From assembly GCA_977020255.1 (NCBI GenBank), contig CDROCS010000194.1, positions 372,001-436,000 of the forward strand: DNA of 64,000 nt, given 5' to 3'. Below the pieces are notes generated by a model that was given only the letters and a program-made list of their open reading frames with translations, was not told where the DNA came from and ran no database searches. This document shows, one piece after another, positions 51,782 to 61,497 of this stretch. Source of the DNA: Obrimoposthia wandeli. Its lineage: Eukaryota. The position numbers and the translations under genes are program-made. How positions within the stretch are numbered: position 1 is the first letter of the stretch; every line of letters begins with the position of its first letter.

Positions 51782-53260
51782 AATCCGAGTTTTTCGTATT
51801 TAAATGATCGATATTCGTATTTATACGATAAATAGCTGTATAACATTTCGGACATTCTCAATTTCGCTATAACACATTAATGAATGTTTCCTATGCAATT
51901 ATTATGCGTTCCAACCATTTTTACGTTAATCTTTAGATTTCCAAGTTAGAGATAAATGTGCTCTAAATATTTTATTTACAAAAAACAACTTTCCTCATTT
52001 TATTGCTGAAAATTTGACTTTAGAAAATTCGGGAAAAGCTTTTGATTTGTACTTCATTATACTTTTTGGTTCAGATTCTATTTTATGTAATTTTTCTGAG
52101 AATAAATATAACTTCCTGACTTTGCTCATATTTGGGAGTGTTTTACTATGATTTATGTTGGGATAACGGTTACCGTAATAGGATTCAATTTCATTAACAA
52201 GATTTATTTAAACTTTGCTATAATTTGGTTAACATGTTAGTATCAAATACTGTAACGTTTCGTATCTGGAGATACACTCGCTGTAAATTAGTAAGTTTAT
52301 TCTAGAATGTATCTAGATAATTGTACTGAGTTGATAGGTAGCAACTGTCAATCTATTGGTTCAAATTACAATTTCAAACTTTTTAATAAATAAAAAAACA
52401 TATAGTAAGTGGAATTGAAGGTATTCCAAATTTGCACGCATACACACACGAAATAATCTCAACCCAATTAAATTAAGGGTAAGAGCACCAAATTGTAGAA
52501 ACTTAATACAGTAATTATTCACCTATAAGGGTGTCCGGTCACCGAAAATTTCACGCTTCACCTATAATAGTGTTAGGATTAGGTTTTGTTAAAATTAATA
52601 AATTAAGTCGAATTTATACTAAAAATGAAAATCCTTGAAAACAAGGTTAAAATTAAATTCAAAATTAAAATGGAAAAAGTAAAAGGAAAATTGAATATTA
52701 GAAGACCACGAAGGTCGTGTATAATGCGTTGTATATATAATGTTAAAAGTGCAAAAATATGGGCAGTGGAAAAGAAAGTTAATTGAAGCAAAAAGAAAGT
52801 TAATTGAAGCAAAAGAAAAGTTAATTGCTGAAGAATCGACGTCAGCAGAAGAAGAAAAAGGTAAGCACATTTTTGGGTGCAGAGTCAATTAGCCAGTCGC
52901 AGGAAAGACTTACCAGGCCGAGAGAACCCGGAAAACAGCTGTCGATCAAGTGATCGACAATCACAAGTCCCCAGTCGCGGGAAAGCCTTGCCCACATATT
53001 GCCGAGAGAGCTTAGCGAGCAGCTGTTAATCGAGCGATCAACAACCAAGCAGACTATATAAGTCTACTGAGAATTCAGGTAGCAGACGGGGAGAATACTA
53101 AACTGAAAGAGCAGTCAGACAAATTCAGATCGAGAATCTCTAAACAGTCGCAGAAACCTCGCGATCAAGTCCGCAGCAACCTCACGTCCGCAGCCGACAT
53201 CTAAACAGCCGCAGTCAACCCCTTCCAAGCAGTCGCAGCAATAATTGGAATTAAGATCGG

Positions 53261-53660
53261 TGAGAAGAGAGTTTTAAATACTTTACAGTGTGAAAAGAGA
53301 GTTTTAAATACTTTGCAGTAGAATTTATCATTTGTGAAAAGAGAGTTTTAAATACTTTATAGTGTGAAAAGAGAGTTTTAAATACTTTGCAGTAGAATTT
53401 ACCATTTGTGAAAAGAGAGTTTTAAATACTTTACAGTGTGAAAAGAGAGTTTTAAATACTTTGCAGTAGAATTTACCATTTGTGAAAAGAGAGTTTTAAA
53501 TACTTTACAGTAGAATTTACCATTTGTGAAAAGAGAGTTTTAAATACTTTGCAGTAGAATTTACCATTTGTGAAAAGAGAGTTTAAATACTTTACAGTAT
53601 AATTTACCATTTGGGAGAAGAGAGTTTTTAAATACTTTGCAGTATAATTTACCTTTGCAA
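53261..53660. repeat. 28/43-bp composite tandem repeat inside solo LTR 3
   Basis: GTGAAAAGAGAGTTTTAAATACTTT(G/A)CAGT with or without AGAATTTACCATTT. Confidence 0.9.
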
Positions 53661-54240
53661 AAAGAAAGTTTAAAATATTTTGATTATAATTTGCTGGAAT
53701 ATTTTGCATAGTAATTTGCCCGTTGTGAAAAGAAAGTTTAAAATATTTTGATTATAATTTGTTGGAATATTTTGCATAGTAATTTGCCCGTTGTGAAAAG
53801 AAAGTTTAAAATATTTTGATTATAATTTGTTGGAATATTTTGCATAGTAATTTGCCCGTTGTGAAAAGAAAGTTTAAAATATTTTGATTATAATTTGTTG
53901 GAATATTTTGCATAGTAATTTGCCGTTGTGAAAAGAAAGTTTAAAATATTTTGATTATAATTTGTTGGAATATTTTGCATAGTAATTTGCCGTTGTGAAA
54001 AGAAAGTTTAAAATATTTTGATTATAATTTGCTGGAATATTTTGCATAGTAATTTGCCCGTTGTGAAAAGAAAGTTTAAAATATTTTGATTATAATTTGC
54101 TGGAATATTTTGCATTGTAATTGCCCTTTGTGAAAAGAAAGTTTAAAATATTTTGATTATAATTTGCTGGAATATTTTGCATTGTAATTGCCCTTTGTGA
54201 AAAGAAAGTTTTGAAATATTTTGCATTAGAAATTGCCCTC
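53660..54240. repeat. 67-68-bp tandem array (~8 units) inside solo LTR 3
   Basis: GTGAAAAGAAAG at 53725, 53793, 53861, 53928 and onward. Confidence 0.95.
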
Positions 54241-55369
54241 CATTTGATCTTCAATTTATTAAAGTTTGCCCAATTTTAAGGAAGTTTTTACATTACCACC
54301 TTTATTGACATAAAATTAAAGGTTTAACCTCAAAAGTTAAAGCCGACAGTAGAGTTAATTTGATTTGAAAAATCTATAACGTGAGTTTATTCTCGAGTCA
54401 GAATAACAACTCTAAAATCTCGATCACCCCGAAAGTAAAATCGATACGTGGTTCATCCCCACTTGTGTAGAGACTTACAGAAGTCTTAGGAATTTTACCA
54501 TACTTTTTAGAAGATACGTACATAAACGTATTGTTGTGGTTTAGTCTAGTGTGTTACCAATAAACGATTTCCTACATTAGAAAACGTTGTTTTAAACCCT
54601 TCAGATTAAGAGACATACAAACCAAACACCTTCAGATAAGCAATAGAGATAGGCAACCATAACACTAAGTAGGCCACGACCAACTTTAAGACCTGCTTCT
54701 ATTCGAACTCACGTTGGGGCCCTCCGCACACAAGAGGATCTATACAAGTCTCGTATAGAAACCCCAACAATAGTACCTTTCCAAGCTTTTAAATAATGCA
54801 TCTATAAGTGATTCGGTGTCGGTCTCTCCCAAAAACATGTTTTAATGAATACCCTTACAGGTGAATAATTACTGTAGATATAACCCTTAGTAAGTGGATT
54901 TTCATTATAAACTTTTAAACTTATTTTATAAAATGGAAAATTGGGAACCGATTTATGAAGCCATTTCGGATGATTCGGAAGCTGATTCTGACCGAACAGT
55001 TGCCATGAATGACGAACAGTCGGTCTCAAGTCCGAAAACACGACAAAAGTAATTTTTAGATTTATTTAATTTAACTTTTTGAAGGATAAATATAGAGGAC
55101 AAAAAACGAATTGTCAAGTGCTACGAAGAAGGATGTAGTTGAGATTTTAGACAACTTTCCTCATTTTATTGCTAAAAATTATCATATATATATATACAAA
55201 CACTATCTCTTATGGAGACCTGTTAATAAAAGTAATAATATAATTTTCGGTTCTCCAATAATGACCGTTGTATTTATTAACAGTTGTTGGGTATTTAATT
55301 GAAAATTAATTAAATTAAAGTCAATTTAAATTGACATTTTATAAAATTATCTAAAGTGCCCACAATTAG

Positions 55370-57282
55370 GGAGGTTTATCAAATTTCAGCCTCCGACGGG
55401 TTGTTAGCCCGTTTCGCCCTGCCGGGCTCGTCAGGAAGGCGGCGGTAAAAAATGCAATTTTGACAGCAGATTATTTTCCGCCCAGTCTCTTCTGCCAGCA
55501 ACAACAATTGCGGCATTTCCCGTTGCCCACCGATCAGCGGCGTGGACGGCACACAGTGATTTTTGGCCCAGTGCAATCTCGGACCGGTTTCTCGCCCTTC
55601 TGACTATGTGACGGCGACTCGGTGCTCGAAAGGGCCACCGGGCTATTTTCCAATGGCGACAGTGCCCTTCTGCGTGCGTGTGTGTAAATTGTGGAGTCCC
55701 CTTTGGGAAAACATCGGACACGGGTTCTCTGCTCCTCTGTGGTGCTTGTATCGGTTTTGGTTGTATGAGTGTGTATGTACAATTCAGACTGTCTACTTAT
55801 TTTTTATGTTTTGTGCTTGTGCAATTTTGAACTGCAGATGACTTGGGCAACACACTCCCTGATGATGTGGGTTTCGAGCTGCCTCTGTGGAAATACAATT
55901 ATACAGATTGCATGCGATTTTTCGTGGATTAAAATCGACAGTGTTTTTTGTGTGACGATTGCTATAAATAGCAATCGTCGATTTTGATTTGTGCGAGAAT
56001 AATTGGGATATAAAGAGAGGTGCATGTGTGTGGAAACTGCAGCACAGTTTTCCGCTGCCCATTAACATTGCAGATAGTGTGGCGATTGCTATTTTTAGCA
56101 ATCGTCGATTAAAGAGTTGCATGCACAGTTCTAGTTTCTGCTGCCCATCCTTGTACATGACATTTAGACGATTGCTATTTATAGCAATCGTCGATTTTTC
56201 TCTCTCACAAAAATAAATTCTTGTCGTTAAAAATATTCTGCATTTAGAATAAACTAATTGCCCTGAGTTTTGAATTTTTAAAAGAAGAAACAATATTGTA
56301 TTTCAGAAAATAATCCTATTCTGCATTTGGAATAAACTAATTGCCCTGAAAACTAATCCTATTCTGCATTTGGAATAAACTAATTGCCCTGAGTTTTGAA
56401 TTTTTAAAAGAAGAAACAATATTGTATTTCAGAAACTAATCCTATTCTGCATTTGGAATAAACTAATTGCCCTGAGTTTTGAATTTTTAAAAGAAGAAAC
56501 AATATTGTATTTCCGACATTATTTATATTCTACATTGGTGAGCTCGACTAAGAGCACGAAAATCAAGCAGAAATCAAAGGTTATGTTTTGTTATTTTGTT
56601 TTATATTTTATTATTTAATATTTATTTTGAGTTACTTGTAATTATCGTAATTATATTTAAGTTAGGAGTTTACATAACTCCAGATTTGACATTTATTTAT
56701 TGTGACTTTTATTTAATATATTAAGAATACATTTTGATATTTTTTACACATTTGAACAATTAAATATAGACTTTGTAAAACTGAGTAGTTGATTTAAGAT
56801 TTTATTTACTTTAGTTTTGTGATTATCATTTGCGTTTGTTGGGGGATTGGGGTTTGGTTTACATTTTTAACTATCGTTTATTTATATAAGGAATATTTTT
56901 ATCTTTACTTAACAGATATATTTATAACACCACCGTAATTTTTATTCGTTTGGGTTTGGAAAGGGAAATCAAGTTAACCTTTTTCGTGTAGTAATTCCTG
57001 TGATTGTGCAGTGTATTAACTATTTTGGTTTGTGTAGTGTTTTTCAAAAATAAAAATAAAAATAATCACATTTTAATTTGAGAAATTTTGTTGATTAGCC
57101 GTTTAAGTTGGAGTATTGCCTCAGTCACAAATTAATAAAATCATTTGCGTTAAAAATAGTTTTACTATAAATAAATATAATAAATCGCCAAAAAACAAAG
57201 AAATTGGATTGCGGAGTTTGCGTTTTTGATTTTTTCGGGTGATACCATAAAAACTAGACACTAGCGGACGCTGGTATCATTC
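55370..57282 (+). promoter_or_regulatory. Putative 5' LTR/leader of the downstream Gypsy element (boundaries unresolved)
   Basis: GC-rich block, palindromic motifs, an internal tandem array, a T-rich segment and a PBS-like TGGTATCA (57272) directly upstream of gag. The partner LTR is outside the window, so the ends cannot be confirmed. Confidence 0.45.
56235..56513. repeat. 83-bp tandem repeat (three copies plus a 43-bp partial unit)
   Basis: ATTCTGCATTT at 56235, 56318, 56361 and 56444. Confidence 0.92.
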
Positions 57283-57939
57283 GGGGGAGTTGGAGACGGG
57301 GACCTGAAAGACAATAGCTTTGTAAAGTTGATAAAATTTTTAAAATAAATAAATACTATTATCTTAGATAAAAAGTAAAGAAGTGAAGAGAAAATACTCC
57401 AGTTTGTACGGATTCGACCCTAAAAAGAGTTATTGAGTAATTACTAAAAACAGTTGAGTAATTTCAAATATCCATAAAATAATTTAAAAATAAAATCAAA
57501 ATAAATTATTTTCAATCGCATTTACGTACCCTTCAAACATTTGACAACATTAAAATACATTATAATTTTTGAGTAATTTACGAATACATAAAGTTTCTCC
57601 TACTAATTAAACAGAATAAGTAAACAAAGACGTAGTGCCAGTCTTCACTGGAAACGAATCCAAACTCGGCTAACACGAACCGAACCTAGTGAATCACCAC
57701 CACAAAGACCAAAATCACAAATAAATTTTAAAACACATAACGAATTTTTCCCAGAAACTTCATTACAACACCAACACCCAATCCAACTAAACTTAACCAG
57801 CTCAGAAAGTCTAACAGATAGCCTTACTAACCAAACACTAGAAACCGATAGCTCAACAGAAGCTACTCAAACTACAAACACACCAGAACCCGAATTGAAC
57901 GAACCAAATAATATAGAAATAGATAATCAACCTCAAATA

Positions 57940-59457
57940 ATGGCTGAACATAAATTAAATGTTCCTTTAGACGCTTTCAATGGCGATAAATCTTCATTAC
58001 CCGAATTTTTAAATAGATTTGATTCATTTGCTCAAGCATTTGAATGGACTAATGAAGAGAAACTTAGGGTTTTTCCAGCGTATTTAAAAGGCACTGCCTT
58101 AACAATTTATAGAGGATTAAACAATGAACAGAAAGACACATGGGACCATTTAGTTCAGAATTTTCAAAATATGATTTTAGGAACCCAATCAGAGCAAAAT
58201 TACTTAAATCAGTTTAGACAACGTGAGCAACATTTAGGAGAACCCACAAATATTTTTGCAATTGAATTAAGACGTTTAGCCCTAAAATCATTCCCTGGAA
58301 ATGAGGAAGTTTTAAGAGAGCGCTTACTGTTACATCAGTTTCTACATGGATTAAATAATAAAATCAAAAATCATCCAGCTCTACTAGAAGTAGAAAATTT
58401 TCAGCAAGCTGTAAATAAGGCTCAACTTGTAGAAACAAGATTAAACATGTTACAACAATCTGAAGTTTCAGCATTAACCTTTGAAAAAATACAAAGACCA
58501 ACAACACCACCAAATTTCAATCAAACTCAAAACTATAACCCAAATACACAATCTAATTACCAAAGCCAACAACAATATACACCACCGACAAATAACTTTT
58601 ATAGAAATCAAACAAACAGAAACTATACAGACTCACAAATTACACAAAGACCTTTCCAAAAATGTACAAATTGTGGACTGCAAAATCACACAATAGAGAA
58701 TTGTTATAAAATAACCAACAACAAATTTTGTAGATTTTGTAAAAAAGACAATCATACTATTGAAACTTGCCGAAAACTGTTATACAGACAAAGTAATAAT
58801 ATACGACCACAAAATAATAACTTTAACAATCCTAATAATAATTTCAAAAATACAAATAGTAATTTTAGAAGCCCATATAATAATTTCAGTAATCAAAATA
58901 ATCAAGCTAAATATTTTAATACTAATACAAAATTTTGTAAAATTTGTAATATGAAAAATCACAATACTGATGAATGTAGCAAACTAAATACAATGATGAA
59001 CCAATTTGGTAACACAACAATAAAACAACAACAACAACCACAACCACAGATTCAAAAAACAGTACAGTTTAACAATCAAAATCAACAATATGCTTACAGA
59101 AACCCAATACATACTATTGAAAACACTGATATAAATCAGGAAACAGAGGAGGTTGCATTGATGAGATTAAGACAACAAGAAATAGATAATCGCTATAAAG
59201 AAACACATCAGCAATACCAAAACAATGAGCAAAACACAAATAGTACCAACTCTCAATCCGAATTCGGAGAAATATTTAGAAACGGTTGTCTAACATTAGA
59301 AAAAAGAACACAAATAAGTACAAAAATAAATCAAACCACTCAAACACAAGATAAAAAATCGAAAAATAAAAATAAACGAAAATCACCAAAAAATAGTAAA
59401 AATTCAAATCTTAAAAATACATATAATTTTAACAAAATCATCCAGAATTTATGGAAA
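57940..59457 (+). CDS. gag: Gag portion of the polyprotein (capsid domain, three CX2CX4HX4C knuckles, Q/N-rich linker, basic tail)
   Basis: FNGDKSSLPEFLNRFDSFA...FRQREQHLGEPTNIFAIELRRLA...FLHGL. Knuckles CTNCGLQNHTIENC, CRFCKKDNHTIETC and CKICNMKNHNTDEC. First ATG at 57940; the frame is open from 57607. Confidence 0.92.
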
Positions 59458-61320
59458 ATAATTCAAATAATATTTATGATATGTATAATTACAAATATAA
59501 TAAAACCTATAAATGCTCTTGAAGCATATGATTGTTCAAAATATAGTATTCAAAATAAATATTCACTAATGGATTTACAACAATGCGCCGACGCAGATCC
59601 AAATGAAGTAAAAGTTAAAACCACCAAGTTATTTCATGTATACCAGGAAACAGATTACATAAATACAGAAGTTTTCGAATGTAGAGTACATGTGGAAACA
59701 TTCATAACATATTGCGGACAACACAGCCATAATTCAATTGTTAAACCAGCATTAGGAAAAACACCAATAATTGTTGACGCGTTAAATTGTAAAGATGCTT
59801 TTGCAACAGGCGAACTGAGAATAGATAGAGAAATAAAAGTAAAAGCAATAAAAAACAAAATAATACAACAAATGATTACGGTGGTAGGAACTATCAAATC
59901 TGACGGAGAATGCACAACAGGATCATACGTCGTAATGGGAGTTAAACAAAATGGTTTAGTAGTTATAAAAAACTTTGAGGTAGAACTAAGAACATTTAAG
60001 GCAACATTTGATCCATCTACAAATACCATGGTGACTATGCCTTTTTGTGCAGCAAATATCGGATATTGTAACACAGGATCTTCAATTTTATACTATAAGG
60101 TAAAAACAGACCAATGTAAATTAATACTACTAAAATCAGAAAATTTCCAAATAATTCAAGGTCAAAGATTCAAAGATGATCCAGAGCTAGATCAATGAAT
60201 TCCAAAAAATATACTTAAAAAATATAGAACTAGAAAAATACAAAAAACATCAACTCCAACTATTTTAATGTCAACTGAACAAGGTTCAGGTATGCGATTT
60301 ATTAAAAAGAAAGAGGAATCCCGATGTGGACACTCTATTTATACAACTAATTATAAAGGAATATATCTAAGTAAAGAAAAAATTTATAATGCAAAAACTA
60401 CACCAACAAAATTTGATATAAAAAATTACGATTATTTCAATAATATATTAGATTATTTTTATCACAAAGGATTAATGACAATAGAAGCTATTTATTGAGA
60501 AACAATAATGAATGACTGTAAATTAAATCAAGAAATTTTGAAAACAAAACTAGCAATTATTGCTACAAATCCAGAATTAATAACACCATTATTACCGTTA
60601 CCAGATGGTACTTTCGGAAGAGTAATGGGAGAAGTACTATATACGTATCAATGCCAAAAAGTAATAGTTAATATAAGAAATCACAATAAATGTACCAAAG
60701 AATTGCCAATTTCATACAAAAATCATTCATTATTTGTAGAACCAATCACCAGAATAATACTTTTTAACACATTCAGCATAAAAGAAATAAACTGTTCAAA
60801 CATAATGGCACCTCATTATAAAATTTCAAAAGATATCTGGATAACATTACCAAGAAGAGACATAGTTGCTCAACCACTAAAACTACAATTAACTAATCTA
60901 AAAAATGACATAGAAATAAATCCAGACAATGAACTAAATACAAAAGGCATTTACATACAAGAAGATATAGATAAATTAAGAAAATAAATTTTATTTCCTC
61001 AAATAAGATCACGAATTTTAACACAAATCATAGAAAGATCAGTACCAGACGGAATTAGCCGTCCTGATTATGATTTATTACTTTCTCCAAACCATTACAT
61101 AAAAGCTACAAAAAATACAATGTCAAAAATATGGGGAAAATTTTTAATATTTGGACAAGCATTTCTGGACTTGTAGGAATATATGCACTACTAATATGCT
61201 TTAAAATACTATTGAGTCAAATTTTATCCACATACTATATTTATAAAGTTGGAGGATTAACATGGAAACTAATATTAGGATGTTTTCCATTTTTGGCAAA
61301 ATTTCTTATATTTAATCATC
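59458..61320 (+). pseudogene. env: Env-like glycoprotein similar to chuvirus (Jingchuvirales) G, in frame with gag; disrupted by three in-frame stops (60196, 60496, 60985) and a 1-bp deletion (~61162)
   Basis: Signal peptide IIQIIFMICIITNIIKPINA|LEAYDC, then YSLMDLQQC, FECRV...YCGQHSHNS, CKDA, C..NQEILKTKLAI...P...GEVLYTYQC..V.V...KCTKELPISY...FVEPITRI...INCS...P.Y.I...W, GIY...DKLR..ILFP, W.KF..FG and a hydrophobic TM. I recognise this motif series from chuvirus-type glycoproteins. Confidence 0.82.
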
Positions 61321-61497
61321 ATCAAAATACTGTAAACGCATTATCAAACGAAATGCGAGAAACAAATTTACAAAAAATAGTAGACAATAAAAATAAAGAG
61401 AATACAGAATCTACACAATACCCCGATTTAGAAAAATATAAAGAAGAAACAAAAGTTCAAAAATCAACTGCACCAACAATATATACTATAAATCAAA

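Larger units (their letters stand above)
52571..54769 (+). mobile_element. Solo LTR 3 (2199 bp), same family as solo LTR 2
   Basis: TGTTAGG...CCCCAACA ends; ATAG duplication (52567-52570, 54770-54773); same TATA motif (about 53052) and AATAAA (about 54559). Confidence 0.92.

Noticed and set aside
55379-56293. Several overlapping ORFs on both strands in the GC-rich leader
   Set aside because: Expected from higher GC and palindromic repeats; no coherent protein signature.
59655-60074. 139-aa antisense ORF over the glycoprotein
   Set aside because: Shadow frame of a coding strand; no recognisable motif.
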